Shown here: piece after piece, positions 20,455 to 30,901 of the stretch
Layout: the number at the start of each line of letters is the position of its first letter
How positions within the stretch are numbered: position 1 is the first letter of the stretch
Assembly: GCA_963770565.1 (NCBI GenBank)
Contig: CAVYQE010000011.1
Coordinates: forward strand, 736,001-800,000
Direction of reading: 5' to 3'
Source of the DNA: an uncultured Actinomycetota bacterium
Lineage (GTDB): Bacteria; Actinomycetota; Actinomycetes; JAFAQI01
Length of the DNA stretch: 64,000 nucleotides
Translations under genes and position numbers: made by a program
Notes under the pieces: generated by a model
What the model was told of the DNA's origin: nothing
Databases searched by the model: none
Seen by the model: only the letters and a program-made list of their open reading frames with translations

Positions 20455-21761
20455 GACCGCTCCACGGTCAGGTCGAGGAAGTGCGTGGCGCAGGAGATGC
20501 ACGGGTCGTAGTTGCGGATCGCCTGCTCGCAGTCGTGGGTGAGCTGGTGGTCGTCCAGATGCAACCGGTCCTGCACGAACCGCAGCAGGTCGGCCTCGAT
20601 GCTGCGCTGGTTCTGCGAGGTCGGAGGCACGATCCGCGCGTCCAGCACCGTTCCCTCGGCGTCGAGCTCGTAGCGGTGGTAGCACACGCCGCGTGGTGCC
20701 TCGGTGACTCCGTGGCCGACGCCGGCTCGGGGCGGCACGGGTACGGCGGGAACGGCAGCTCCGTGCCAGCCCTGCACGATCCGAAGCGCCTCCTCGCAGG
20801 CGTAGACGATCTCGACCGCGCGCACCACGATCGAGCGGAACGGATTGCGGCACACCGGGCCGAGGCCCGCGTCTGCCGCTGCTGCCTTCGCCACCGGGCC
20901 GAGCCGATCGGCGTTCAGCGCGTAACGCGCAAGCGGCCCCACGACGTAGGCGTCGACGCCGCGCAGCCGCGCGTGCAGGGCGTTGGAGCGCGCGACGTGC
21001 TCCTCCGTGATGTAGTCCTCGAACTCGGCGGCGGTGAAGCTCAGCCCACCGGTGGACACGAGCGACCCTGACTCGAGCGGGTATTCGTCGTCGTACCCGC
21101 TGCGCAGCGAGACGTACTCGTACGGCTGCTCGAAGTCGGGGAAGTCGAAGCCTGAGACCAGCTTCACGGTGGCGACCGCGTCGGCGAGCGCGTCGGTCAG
21201 CACGGAGAGCAGCACGGAGAGCTCGTCGCGCGACGGCGTGCGGTAGAAGCCGCCGACCCGGACGTTCACCGGGTGGATGGAGCGGCCTCCCACGACGGAC
21301 ATGATGGTGTTGCCGGCCTTCTTCAGCCGCAGCCCCTGTTCCACCACGTCGCGGTGGTCACGGGCGAGGTCGATCGCGCTCTCGTAGCCCAGGAAGTCCG
21401 GTGCGTGCAACAGGTAGACGTGCAACGCATGGCTCTCGATCCACTCACCGCAGTAGAGCAGCCGCCTGAGCAGCCGGATCTCCTCCGACACAGCCACCCC
21501 GCACGCCGCCTCCAGCGCCTGGCACGCGCTCATCTGGTAGGCGACCGGGCAGATCCCGCAGATCCGCGCGGTGATATCCGGCGGCTCGAGGTAGGACCGG
21601 CCGCGCAGCAGCGCCTCGAAGAAGCGCGGCGGCTCGTAGATCGCGAGCTCGACGTCGGTGACAGTGCCGGCCCGGACCTGGACACGCATCGAGCCCTCGC
21701 CCTCGACCCGGGCGAGCGTGTCGACGGTCAGGATGCGGTCACCCGTCGACTTGTGCGTCAT
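20451..21761 (-). CDS. hyhL: Group 3b [NiFe]-hydrogenase large (alpha) subunit
   Basis: RVEGEG; L1 [10 protein letters not shown]; EAPRG; L2 [10 protein letters not shown] followed by a cleavable tail. Confidence 0.95.
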   Translation of the reverse strand: MTHKSTGDRILTVDTLARVEGEGSMRVQVRAGTVTDVELAIYEPPRFFEALLRGRSYLEPPDITARICGICPVAYQMSACQALEAACGVAVSEEIRLLRRLLYCGEWIESHALHVYLLHAPDFLGYESAIDLARDHRDVVEQGLRLKKAGNTIMSVVGGRSIHPVNVRVGGFYRTPSRDELSVLLSVLTDALADAVATVKLVSGFDFPDFEQPYEYVSLRSGYDDEYPLESGSLVSTGGLSFTAAEFEDYITEEHVARSNALHARLRGVDAYVVGPLARYALNADRLGPVAKAAAADAGLGPVCRNPFRSIVVRAVEIVYACEEALRIVQGWHGAAVPAVPVPPRAGVGHGVTEAPRGVCYHRYELDAEGTVLDARIVPPTSQNQRSIEADLLRFVQDRLHLDDHQLTHDCEQAIRNYDPCISCATHFLDLTVERS

Positions 21762-22521
21762 GGCTCCTGCTCTCGGCCTCGAAGACAGGGTCGGCTGCGT
21801 GGAAGGTGCGGAACACCCGCTGCAGCCCCAGCTCGTCCACCCCGATGAGGGTCAGCGATCTGCCCAGGGAGGAGGCGTTCGGGTTTTCCTTGGGCCCGAA
21901 GCACCCGTAGCACCCGCGGTCGTACGACGGGCAAAGCGCTCCGCAGCCGGCGTGCGTCACCGGCCCCAGGCAGGGCGTGCCGTGGGCGACCATCACACAG
22001 ACGTTGCCCCTCGCTTTGCACTCGACGCAGACGCTGTGGTCCGGGATCCGCGGCGCCCGGTCCTGCACGGCGGCAGTGAGAACCTCCAGCAGCTGCGCCT
22101 TGTTGATCGGGCAGCCCTGCAGCTCGAAGTCGACGGTGACGTGCGCCGCGATCGGGGTGGAGGTCTCGAGGGTGCTGATGTAGTCCGGGCGCGCGTAGAC
22201 GATCGAGGTGAACTCACGGACGTCCGCGAAGTTGCGCAGCGCCTGGACGCCGCCGCTGGTCGCGCAAGCCCCGATCGTTACGAGCTTCTTCGACTGCGTC
22301 CGGACCCGTTGGATGCGCTCAGCGTCGGCCGCGGTGGTGATCGACCCCTCAACGAGCGAGACGTCGTACGGACCGGCGACGACGCCGCGGGTCGCTTCCG
22401 GGAAGTACGCGATCTCGACCTCACCGGCCACGGCGAGCAGGTCGTCCTCGCAGTTGAGCAGCGTCAGCTGGCAGCCGTCACACGAGGCAAACTTCCAGAC
22501 CGCGAGCTTCGGGCGGGCCAT
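21739..22521 (-). CDS. hyhS: Group 3b hydrogenase small (delta) subunit
   Basis: [36 protein letters not shown] and CYGCFGP. Confidence 0.93.
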   Translation of the reverse strand: MARPKLAVWKFASCDGCQLTLLNCEDDLLAVAGEVEIAYFPEATRGVVAGPYDVSLVEGSITTAADAERIQRVRTQSKKLVTIGACATSGGVQALRNFADVREFTSIVYARPDYISTLETSTPIAAHVTVDFELQGCPINKAQLLEVLTAAVQDRAPRIPDHSVCVECKARGNVCVMVAHGTPCLGPVTHAGCGALCPSYDRGCYGCFGPKENPNASSLGRSLTLIGVDELGLQRVFRTFHAADPVFEAESRSHDAQVDG

Positions 22522-23381
22522 CACAGCCCCCTGGTCGCGATGAGGGGAGCGAGCACGTCGTACCCGAAGACCGGGCCGTCGGTGCAGACGAAGTGCTCGC
22601 GGAGCTGGCAGTGGCCGCACAGGCCGACGCCGCACTTCATGTTGCGCTCCATGGACAACCGGACGCTCGGGGCTGCGACGCCGAGCCGGAGGACGGCGTC
22701 GGCGACCAGGCGCATCATCACCTCGGGTCCGCAGACGACGGCGTGCGCGCGGGCCGGGTCGATGCCGGCCCCGGCGAGCAGCCCGGTGACCAGGCCCACC
22801 CGCCCGCGCCAGCCGGACGGGGCGGCATCGACGGTGACGAGCACGTCGAGGTCGAGCCGAGACCGCCACTCCTGCAGCTCGTCGACGAACAGGAGCTGGT
22901 CCGGGGTGCGGCAGCCGACGAGCAGCACTACCCGCGCGTACCGGTCGCGCTCGGCCAGCACTTCGAGCACCGCCGGCCGCAACGGTGCCAGCCCGATGCC
23001 GCCGGCGACGATGAGCAGGTCGCCACCGACGGCGCGCTCGACCTCCCAGCCGATGCCGAACGGGCCGCGCACGAGTAGGACATCACCGGGCTCGGCCCGG
23101 GTGAGGGCGCGTGAGGCGTCGCCGACCGAGCGGACGGTGTGCTGCAGCAGCTCGGGCTGGCGCGGGTCGCCGCTGATGGAGATCGGCACCTCGCCTCTCC
23201 CGGGGACACCGATCATCGTGAACTGGCCGGGACCAAAGGTCAGCGGGTCGTCGTACCGGGGTTCGAGCCAGAGCGTGGCGGTGTCCGCGGTGTCCTGGCG
23301 CTTCGTGCGCACCACGAACGGACGCGGCGTCAGCGCATCGCCCGATGGGGGAACAGTGAGAGCCTCAGTCGCCGACGGCAC
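22521..23381 (-). CDS. hyhG: Group 3b hydrogenase gamma subunit (FAD/NAD(P)-binding, 2Fe-2S)
   Basis: [47 protein letters not shown] and CTDGPV. Confidence 0.93.
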   Translation of the reverse strand: MPSATEALTVPPSGDALTPRPFVVRTKRQDTADTATLWLEPRYDDPLTFGPGQFTMIGVPGRGEVPISISGDPRQPELLQHTVRSVGDASRALTRAEPGDVLLVRGPFGIGWEVERAVGGDLLIVAGGIGLAPLRPAVLEVLAERDRYARVVLLVGCRTPDQLLFVDELQEWRSRLDLDVLVTVDAAPSGWRGRVGLVTGLLAGAGIDPARAHAVVCGPEVMMRLVADAVLRLGVAAPSVRLSMERNMKCGVGLCGHCQLREHFVCTDGPVFGYDVLAPLIATRGL

Positions 23382-23844
23382 GCGGCGTCCCGTACAGGTC
23401 GAGCAGGCGGACCCGGGTCGCCTGCAGCCGGTCGTACATCACGTGCGTCACGCGCGTGAGCAGCTGGAAGCCGAGGTTCGGGTCCGCCTCGCATTTGCCG
23501 CGCAGGCAGGCTCCGTCGAGGGCGATGACACTGGTCTCCTCGACCGCTTTCCCGTCGCCGAACCACTGGTACGGCGCGACCAGCCAGCTCCACCCGACCA
23601 CCTCGCCGGCGTCCGCGGTCTCGACCACGAGGGGCGTTCGGCCCGGGGCAACCAGCTCGATCGCGACCCGGCCGCTGCGGATGACGAAGAACTGGTCGGC
23701 CGGTGTCCCGCCGCGGAACAGCGCCTCGCCGGCGGAGTAGTGGGCGTTCTTGGCGCAGCCGACGATCAGTTCGAGGACATCGTCGTCGAGCCCGGCGAAG
23801 AACGGGTGCTCAGAGAGCAGCTGGCCAATGCCTCGCACGCTCAT
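23365..23844 (-). CDS. Stand-alone cyclic-nucleotide-binding (Crp N-terminal-like) domain protein
   Basis: HPFF, LFRGGTPADQFFVIRSGRV and GEVVGWSWL; no HTH; coupled to both neighbours. Confidence 0.88.
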   Translation of the reverse strand: MSVRGIGQLLSEHPFFAGLDDDVLELIVGCAKNAHYSAGEALFRGGTPADQFFVIRSGRVAIELVAPGRTPLVVETADAGEVVGWSWLVAPYQWFGDGKAVEETSVIALDGACLRGKCEADPNLGFQLLTRVTHVMYDRLQATRVRLLDLYGTPRAVGD

Positions 23845-24953
23845 GGCGTACCTCCGGGTTCCCTGAGTGCCTGCAGCTCCTCGAGCACGTCGATGCCCGC
23901 GGGGCACCAGGTGACGCACCGCCCGCAGCCGACGCAGCCGCTCGAGCCGAACTGGTCGATCCACGAGCCGAACTTGTGCGTGAGCCACTGTCGGTAGCGC
24001 TCGCGGGTCCCGTCGTGTACGGCGCCGCCGTGCAGGTAGGAGTGCCCTGCCGTGAAGCAGGAGTCCCAGACGGTGCTGCGCTCAGTCGTTCCGAGCAGGT
24101 CGGTGCTGTCGTCGACGGTGACGCAGAAGCAGGTGGGGCACACGAGGGTGCAGTTGGTGCAGGACAGGCAGCGGGATGCGACGTCGTCCCACCGCGAGTG
24201 GTCGGCGTTGTCGTAGAGCAGGTTCCGGATGCCGTCGGTGTTGAGCACCCGGGGTGCCATGACGGCGACCGATCCGGCCACGACTTCGGCGGCGGCGGCG
24301 GTGTCGGCGGTCGTCGCCGCGCGGCTCGGGAGCTGCGCCAGCACGTCCTCGCCGTCGGGGCTGCCGGCGGTGAAGACGAACCGGTGTCCCGCGTCGTCGA
24401 GCAGCTCGGTCATCGCGAGGTCGTACCCGCGCGTCGGCGACGGCCCGGTGCCCATCGAGGTGCAGAAGCAGGTGCCGCCCGGGTGCGAGCAGGTGATCGC
24501 CACGATGAACGCCGTACGGCGCCGGGCGGCGTAGTGCTGGTCGACGACCTGCCGGTCGAGCAGCACCCGGTCGTGGATGCCGATGGCCGCGAGGTCGCAG
24601 GAACGCACCCCCAGGAATGCATAGGAGGTCTGCTCCGGCTCGACCGCGGTGACCGTCCCGTCCGACGTGACGCTGTGAAGCGGCTGTCGGGACGGCATCA
24701 GGAACGGCTTCCAGGACTGGGCGGCCGCGGCGAAGGCGAACAGCCGGGCGTCGCCGTCCTGCGTCAGCCGGTAGCGACCGGGCGCCTGGGCGTCGTGGGC
24801 GCCGCTCGGCAGGTCGGCCACCGAGGAGATCGGGGCGTGGATGACGGCGCCGTCGCGGACGGTGGGGCCGATGACCGTGTGGCCGCGCTCCACCAGGACG
24901 TCGAGGAGTCGCTGAAGGCCCGCGACATCGACCGCAACCGACTCGTCGCCCAT
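23841..24953 (-). CDS. hyhB: Group 3b hydrogenase beta subunit (4Fe-4S dicluster)
   Basis: GVRSCDL, CFCTS, CLSCTNCTLVCPTCFC, WDSCF and CVGCGRCVTWCP. Confidence 0.93.
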   Translation of the reverse strand: MGDESVAVDVAGLQRLLDVLVERGHTVIGPTVRDGAVIHAPISSVADLPSGAHDAQAPGRYRLTQDGDARLFAFAAAAQSWKPFLMPSRQPLHSVTSDGTVTAVEPEQTSYAFLGVRSCDLAAIGIHDRVLLDRQVVDQHYAARRRTAFIVAITCSHPGGTCFCTSMGTGPSPTRGYDLAMTELLDDAGHRFVFTAGSPDGEDVLAQLPSRAATTADTAAAAEVVAGSVAVMAPRVLNTDGIRNLLYDNADHSRWDDVASRCLSCTNCTLVCPTCFCVTVDDSTDLLGTTERSTVWDSCFTAGHSYLHGGAVHDGTRERYRQWLTHKFGSWIDQFGSSGCVGCGRCVTWCPAGIDVLEELQALREPGGTP

Positions 24954-24988
24954 AACACCACCCTGACGCACGCGCAATTTGCAAAGCA

Positions 24989-25022
24989 GAGTCGAAAGCC
25001 CCTAGACGTCGACTTCGGACTC
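24989..25022. promoter_or_regulatory. Two degenerate DosR-like boxes upstream of the hydrogenase operon
   Basis: GAGTCGAAAGCCCC (24989-25002) and TCGACTTCGGACTC (25009-25022). Confidence 0.4.
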
Positions 25023-25108
25023 GTCTCCGCCACGCCGTCACTGGACAGAGTAGGACCGGCGGGCCGGCTCGGGGTGAGGGGCCTGCATCTGGCTGTGTCG
25101 GTGCGGCC

Positions 25109-27178
25109 TTACGGCAGACCGTTGAGGGCTCCGGTGCGGAGGATCGTCTGCCAGATCTGGTTGCGGAGATGGATCAGGATCTGCGTGGTGTAGTGGTTGA
25201 CGTTCCGCCAGACCGGGATGCCGTCGATCATCGCCGTACATGTCGGTCCGCTCGGGCACACGTCTCGGTTGATGTCGAAGGTGAAGACCTTCCCGGGGTT
25301 CGCGGCCGCCGCCGCGGCGTAGTAGCTGTCGCTGACCGGCCCGCTCCGGGGGAAGGGTACGGCGCACTGGCGGACGTATACCGACCGGGAAAGGCACTCC
25401 AACGGGTCGAAGCTGCTCGTGATGATGCCGTCGAGTATCAGGGCGCGTGCCCCGGTGCTGGTGATGCGCGCGAGCGTCTCATCGGTGGTGTCCTTGATCA
25501 GCTGGTGCAGTGTCTCGTTCGACCCGCCGGTGCGGAACAGGCTGTGTCCGTAGATCGCGGTGTCGTCGCGGGCATAGGTCGCGAGGATGACCAGGTCCGG
25601 GTGCAGCTCGGGCAGCACTTGCCGATACCAGATGTCGCGGCTCGCGGTGCACTGGGCCTGCTCCTGTGGCGTCATGATCAGGTTGGTCAGTTGTGCCTGC
25701 CAGGGGCATGACGACATCGTGTTGATCGACAAGGTGAATCCGTGCTCGCGGGCCAGCCGGATCAGCATCGGCGCGATCATCCGGGCGTGACTGTCACCGA
25801 TCAGCACGATGCTTGGCGAGCCGCCGGCGACCACGGTGCATTGCTGCGGTGCGCTCGCGTTGCAGGTGCGTTCAGGTCCGTTGTGGTTCGCGATCTGCTG
25901 CCAGTTCAGGTGGCTCGGGACCTTGGCGCGGTACGCCGGTTGGCGGCGTTGCGCGGGCGTCACCGGTGGCTCGTAGTGGGCGGGTTGCGAGACCGCGGTG
26001 GTCACGGTTGGCCGGCGGTCACTGCCGAGCACAGGCGGCACGAAGGCGAAGGCCACGACACCGCACAGCGAGACTCCCGCGGCAACCGTCGGCCAGCGGA
26101 ACCGGTCGAGGATCGCGGAGCGGCGTACCGGATTCTCCAGGATCAGCCCGGACAGTGCCGCGAGGGCTGTGGCGATCACGACCGCGATGCCGGCGAGCTC
26201 GAGCGGCGTGACGGCGTACAGCGTCGTCACGGCGATGATGACCGGCCAGTGCCAGAGGTAGGTCGCATAGGAGATCCGGCCGAGGTAAACGGGTTCGCGG
26301 CGTGCCAGTAGGGCGCCGAGCCGGCCGCCATCGCCGACGTTCAGGCCACCGATCAACAGCGTGCTCGCGGCCACGGCCGCAATCCCGCGCCCGGAGACGC
26401 TGAGGGTCACGAGCCCGCTGCCGAGCAACAGGATGCCGGCCATCCCGGCGACGGCGGCGGCTTCCGCTGTGCGCGAGCCGCGCTGCGTCAGGCGTGACCG
26501 TTGAGCCCGTAGCGCCAGCGCCAGGAGTGCGCCGGCAAGCAGCTGGTAGGCCCTCGTGTCCGTGCCGTAGTAGGCGTGGTTCGGGTCGAGCCGCGCCCAG
26601 TAGACCTGTGCTGCCAGTGAAAGACAGAACAGGGCGGCCAGGCCCACGGCCGGTGCCCATTTGAGCCGACGACCGATGCGCGTGAGGAGCAGGAGCAGGA
26701 GCGGGAACGCGATGTAGAACTGCTCTTCGATGCCCAGTGACCAGAAGTGCAGGAACGGGCTCTTGGCGAACCCAGTCGCGAAGTAGTTGTTGCTCTCGCT
26801 CAGGAACCGCCAGTTCGCGAAGTACAGCAATGCGCTCTGCGCGTCGCGCACCAGAGGCAGCCGCTGGACGATGCTTGCGATCAGAAGGAACACGACCGAG
26901 GTGACGATGATCACGACCACGGCGGGAAGCAGGAGCCGGCGCGCCCGGCGGGCGTAGAAGCGCCCGAAGCGGATCCGGCCGGAGTCGTCGATGTCGCTGA
27001 GCAGGACGTTCGTGATGAGGAAGCCGGACAGCACGAAGAACAGGTCCACGCCGATGAACCCGCCGCGGGCGACCGCCAGGCCACTGTGGAACAGCACGAC
27101 CAGATAGACCGCGACCGTCCTGAGCCCGTCGAGCGCAGGCCGGTAGCGCCACGAGCCGGTCAGGGCGCGATCGGTCAC
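25109..27178 (-). CDS. Acyltransferase-3 + SGNH domain O-acyltransferase (OafA/OatA-like)
   Basis: RPALDGLR, GFIGVDLFFVLSGFLIT, HFWSLGIEEQFY and SYATYLWHWP; C-terminal GDSHA. Confidence 0.93.
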   Translation of the reverse strand: MTDRALTGSWRYRPALDGLRTVAVYLVVLFHSGLAVARGGFIGVDLFFVLSGFLITNVLLSDIDDSGRIRFGRFYARRARRLLLPAVVVIIVTSVVFLLIASIVQRLPLVRDAQSALLYFANWRFLSESNNYFATGFAKSPFLHFWSLGIEEQFYIAFPLLLLLLTRIGRRLKWAPAVGLAALFCLSLAAQVYWARLDPNHAYYGTDTRAYQLLAGALLALALRAQRSRLTQRGSRTAEAAAVAGMAGILLLGSGLVTLSVSGRGIAAVAASTLLIGGLNVGDGGRLGALLARREPVYLGRISYATYLWHWPVIIAVTTLYAVTPLELAGIAVVIATALAALSGLILENPVRRSAILDRFRWPTVAAGVSLCGVVAFAFVPPVLGSDRRPTVTTAVSQPAHYEPPVTPAQRRQPAYRAKVPSHLNWQQIANHNGPERTCNASAPQQCTVVAGGSPSIVLIGDSHARMIAPMLIRLAREHGFTLSINTMSSCPWQAQLTNLIMTPQEQAQCTASRDIWYRQVLPELHPDLVILATYARDDTAIYGHSLFRTGGSNETLHQLIKDTTDETLARITSTGARALILDGIITSSFDPLECLSRSVYVRQCAVPFPRSGPVSDSYYAAAAAANPGKVFTFDINRDVCPSGPTCTAMIDGIPVWRNVNHYTTQILIHLRNQIWQTILRTGALNGLP

Positions 27179-27332
27179 TCATCTGACTCTATGACTACAT
27201 CATGTAGTACGGGATCGGTCCCGGCTCTGGATCCTAGGTCCGTGGCGCGCCTTCGCAGAGTGACAAGCTCGCCCGTGAGTTGTGGGTCGGAGGCGGATAC
27301 CCGCGTTCCGACGTCATCAGGTGTCGGCGCCG

Positions 27333-29159
27333 CTAGCGACTCCAGATCGCGAACGCGTTGCTCAGGTCCGCGAGGCGGGGCTCAAGCTCGGGGCAGTGCC
27401 GGACCAACATCGTGCGCATGGTGTTGTTCTCGATCCACTTCATGCCCTCTGCCGTGTAGACCTCGTCGGTGAAGTGGGTCGTGAAGAAACGGTCACTGTT
27501 CAGGCGGCGCGACGCCATCAGGATGAAGATCCGAAACGCCGAGTCGCTGAACGCGAAGCCTTCCGGTCGGTCCTCGGCGTACATGCCTGTGACGACATCG
27601 AGGCTGTCGATGTCGCCGCCGTACACGTCGGCGAGCTCGGCCGCCCAGACCTTGTTGCTGGTGACGTCGTCGAACGTCTTCGGGACCGGCAGGTGCAGAA
27701 GGCGCCGGAACTCGGCGTATCGCGGCACGCCCAACTCGCGGCAGCGCAGGATGTCCGTGGCGGCGAGGTCCATCAGTGCGCCCGTGTCGGGGCGCTTGAA
27801 CGTCTGCAGGTTCTTCGGGAAGTTGTGCAAGGTCACCACGCCCGGATTCATCGTGCCGAACGTGTAGATCAGGTCGACGAGGCGGTTGGCGCGCAGCAGT
27901 TCCCCGCCGGCCGGCCCGGTCAACTCGTGGAACTCCATCGCGCCCAATGTGGGCCGGTCGTCCGTCGCCGATCGGAAGTCGAAGTGATCCGGGATCAGCG
28001 GGTGCATCCGGTACACCGCGACGAACTCCTCAGTCAGCGCGAACGGCACGCCGTAGTCCGCGGTGTCGCCGCCGGGAATGCCGGAGATGACTTCGCTCTT
28101 GCTGAGCCGTCCGAACGCGTTGTGCAGCCGCTCGCCCTCGAGGCCCCACCAGTTGGCGCGCAGCCCGGTCACCGCGGTCGGATGGGCGGTGACCGCGGGA
28201 GTCCACTCGACAGTGTGGATCTTCGCGATCAGGGCGGCTGTGATCAGCCGGGCCCGCTGGAACAAGGTTTCGTCGTCGAAGTCCGGGTGGGCGGCCGCGA
28301 GGGCGTCGCAGATGCTGTTGTGCTCCATCGCGAACACGGTGACGAGCATGCCGAGGCCGAGCCAGAATCCCGGCAACAGCGTCGGGTTCGCGGCCGGATC
28401 GTCCGGAATCGGCGGCCGCCCGTCGACGAGTCGCAGCTTGCCGCCTTCGTGACTGCGCAGGAACGCCTGGTCGGCCGCGTTGCTGCCGTAGATCTGCGAG
28501 CCGTCCCACCAGTGCGTCAACACGTTGACGTGGGTCGGCGGCAGGCCGTCCGGGCTCCCGGTCGGGTCGTCCGGGGTGCGCATGACCTTGACCGGCGGTT
28601 CCGGCCAGTCATCGCCCTCGACGGCGGGGAGCACCCATGGGTTGTCCGTCGGGCTGGTGCCATGCCGGAACCAGTCGTGGATCATGAACTGCAGCCACGC
28701 AGCGATGAGGGCGTTGCCGGCTGAGGCGGGAATGAGCTCGTCGCGCGTCATCAACCGGCGGCTGACCTCACGCGGGTTCGGCTCGAGGATTCGATCCCGA
28801 TCGGGCCAGGTGTCCTCGATCGGGACGTTGCGCCCGAACCGCGTGCCAGCCATTCCCATCTCGGGGTGCTCGAGGTCGTTCCAGCTGCCGTCGGGAGTGC
28901 GCTCGGTGACGAACTTCTGTTCGTAAGGCGGCGGTTGCGCCGGATGCGTGGCCGGCATCCGTGACGTGTCGTACAGGTTGTCCTGCCGCAGGGTGTTGCG
29001 GATCCCGATCAGCTCGATCAGGCCAAGGGGCTCGGGCAGCTTGTACCAGGGAACCTTCTGGTCGACGTCTTCCACGACCTTGTCGAAGACCCGCTCGACG
29101 AGGCCGGGGTGGGGGCGCTCATCAGATGTGCTCTTTGGTGGGGGCTCGGTATCCGTCAT
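27333..29159 (-). CDS. Heme peroxidase-cyclooxygenase family, fatty-acid alpha-dioxygenase-like
   Basis: AAWLQFMIHDW (distal His), THWWDGSQIYG, AKIHTVEWT, LTEEFVAVYRMHPL (catalytic Tyr and proximal His) and MASRRLNSDRFFT. Confidence 0.9.
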   Translation of the reverse strand: MTDTEPPPKSTSDERPHPGLVERVFDKVVEDVDQKVPWYKLPEPLGLIELIGIRNTLRQDNLYDTSRMPATHPAQPPPYEQKFVTERTPDGSWNDLEHPEMGMAGTRFGRNVPIEDTWPDRDRILEPNPREVSRRLMTRDELIPASAGNALIAAWLQFMIHDWFRHGTSPTDNPWVLPAVEGDDWPEPPVKVMRTPDDPTGSPDGLPPTHVNVLTHWWDGSQIYGSNAADQAFLRSHEGGKLRLVDGRPPIPDDPAANPTLLPGFWLGLGMLVTVFAMEHNSICDALAAAHPDFDDETLFQRARLITAALIAKIHTVEWTPAVTAHPTAVTGLRANWWGLEGERLHNAFGRLSKSEVISGIPGGDTADYGVPFALTEEFVAVYRMHPLIPDHFDFRSATDDRPTLGAMEFHELTGPAGGELLRANRLVDLIYTFGTMNPGVVTLHNFPKNLQTFKRPDTGALMDLAATDILRCRELGVPRYAEFRRLLHLPVPKTFDDVTSNKVWAAELADVYGGDIDSLDVVTGMYAEDRPEGFAFSDSAFRIFILMASRRLNSDRFFTTHFTDEVYTAEGMKWIENNTMRTMLVRHCPELEPRLADLSNAFAIWSR

Positions 29160-29323
29160 CTCAGTTCCTCCCACGCAGACGCCTGACCCGATGCTGCTCT
29201 CTGCGCCAGCCTGGGTAGTGGAGGAGAGAAAAGTCAATCGCCCATTCGTCTGAGTGGCATCGACCGGCCGCAGCCGTAGGGTGCATTCGCGTACCCGCTT
29301 TATCCGTCAGCAGGAGCGGCCGA

Positions 29324-30817
29324 GTGATGACAAGAATCCGGTTCTGGCTGTATCGCAACATCCTCGCGCTGTTCACGCTGCTGGCGTTCCGTCGGCAGAA
29401 GGTCTACCCCCTCGAGGCGCCGGTGGACGGCGAGGTGCAGTTCCGTCCGTACGCCGAACTCCATCCGGACATGCCGATCATAGGGTTGTATCTGCCGACC
29501 ACGTTCCCGCCGTCGGACCGTGCCGCTCAACGGCTCCGGAGGGTTCGCCTGGAGCACTGGCTGATTGCGATCCTCAGAGTCATCGCGCCCGCACGCACGC
29601 CGCCCGTGCCGACCGACCAGGCCCATTTCCTGCGCGCGCTCTATCCGTGGTTGTTCCGCAAGGCGTGGCCCGCACCGCCGACCCTGCCCGCCGCGCTGGC
29701 AGTCAGCGACGACGTCATTGCCGAGCTTGCGACCCGCGGTCCGTTCGCGAGCGGGCTTCGCCGGGTCGCCGACGATCGATATGAGTTGGGCTCTCAATGG
29801 ATCAGTGGCTATCCAGTCGCACCCGGACTCGGCAAACCCGGGGGAGTGGCCACCCTGCTCGCCCGCGACGGCCGGCTGGTGACGGAGTCCGTGCGGTCCG
29901 ACGGGATGGATGGCGCGCAGGCCCAAGCGGCGCTGATCGCCGGCCTCAACGAGGAGCTGACGATCTTCCGGCACAACGTCGACGTGCACCTGACGATGCT
30001 CACGCCGTTCGCGTTGGCGACCAACAACACGCTCAACGCCCGACACCCGGTACGCCGGCTGCTGCACCACTGCTTCGACACTGTGCTCATCGGCAATATC
30101 GAGCTGGCCGCTGCCCAGCTGTCAGGGCCACGTGGCTTTCTCGCGAACATCTTCTCCCACCAGGCTGACGTACTGCTGCGGATGGTCGAAGACCACCTCG
30201 ATCGCTTCGACATCTGGGACTACGAGCCACCCACCCAGTTCTCGCGCCGTGGTACGACGTCGACACCGTTCGACTATCCGTACCGGGACAACGTGATGGC
30301 CTTCTGGGCCGTGACGCATGACTACGTCGAGCGCTACCTCGCGGTCTACTACGAGGGCGATGCGGCGGTTGCCGCCGATGCGAAGCTGACGGGCTGGGTC
30401 GCCGAGCTGAATCGCCTGATGTCCAATGGCGTCGGTGACGATCTCACCCGGGACTGGTTGGCGAGGCTGTGCGCGACGCTGATCCACATCTCGACGGTGG
30501 AGCACGACATCCTCAACAACGTCGTGTGGGACTACACAACGCTCGGTTGGGTCACGCCGACAGTTGCGCCGTTGTCCGGTGCGCCGATGGACCGGCGTCG
30601 CTCGTTCGACCTCCTTGCGACCCTGATCGGGACCTGGAAGCCCTACAACATGCTGCTCAGCTGCGACGTCCCGAAGCTGGCGTTGGATCCGCAGGCTGCT
30701 GAAATCATGGTGGACTGGATCGCTGCCCTCTCACGGTTGCAGGACGATTTGAGTCTCCGGCCGCACGATCCAGCTCTGTCCTACCCGGCGGCCCTCAACC
30801 CCAGCATTTCCAACTGA
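29324..30817 (+). CDS. Lipoxygenase-family protein (compact, no PLAT domain)
   Basis: HNVDVH (H-x4-H), PFALATNNTL..RHPVRRLL, YPYRD, EHDILN (H-x3-N) and C-terminal NPSISN. Confidence 0.82.
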   Translation: MMTRIRFWLYRNILALFTLLAFRRQKVYPLEAPVDGEVQFRPYAELHPDMPIIGLYLPTTFPPSDRAAQRLRRVRLEHWLIAILRVIAPARTPPVPTDQAHFLRALYPWLFRKAWPAPPTLPAALAVSDDVIAELATRGPFASGLRRVADDRYELGSQWISGYPVAPGLGKPGGVATLLARDGRLVTESVRSDGMDGAQAQAALIAGLNEELTIFRHNVDVHLTMLTPFALATNNTLNARHPVRRLLHHCFDTVLIGNIELAAAQLSGPRGFLANIFSHQADVLLRMVEDHLDRFDIWDYEPPTQFSRRGTTSTPFDYPYRDNVMAFWAVTHDYVERYLAVYYEGDAAVAADAKLTGWVAELNRLMSNGVGDDLTRDWLARLCATLIHISTVEHDILNNVVWDYTTLGWVTPTVAPLSGAPMDRRRSFDLLATLIGTWKPYNMLLSCDVPKLALDPQAAEIMVDWIAALSRLQDDLSLRPHDPALSYPAALNPSISN

Positions 30818-30901
30818 TCGCGGGTCCCGTGACCTCCCCTGATCGGGTCGAACGCTACGGCCGGACGCACACGGAGAGCCAACGAAGGCGCGATGGCCGT
30901 C

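Noticed and set aside
21658-25193. Long plus-strand ORFs (779 aa, 496 aa) over the hydrogenase genes
   Set aside because: They are antisense shadows of high-GC3 genes with no recognisable motifs. The same applies to 10412..11572, 27282..28724 and 45590..46624.
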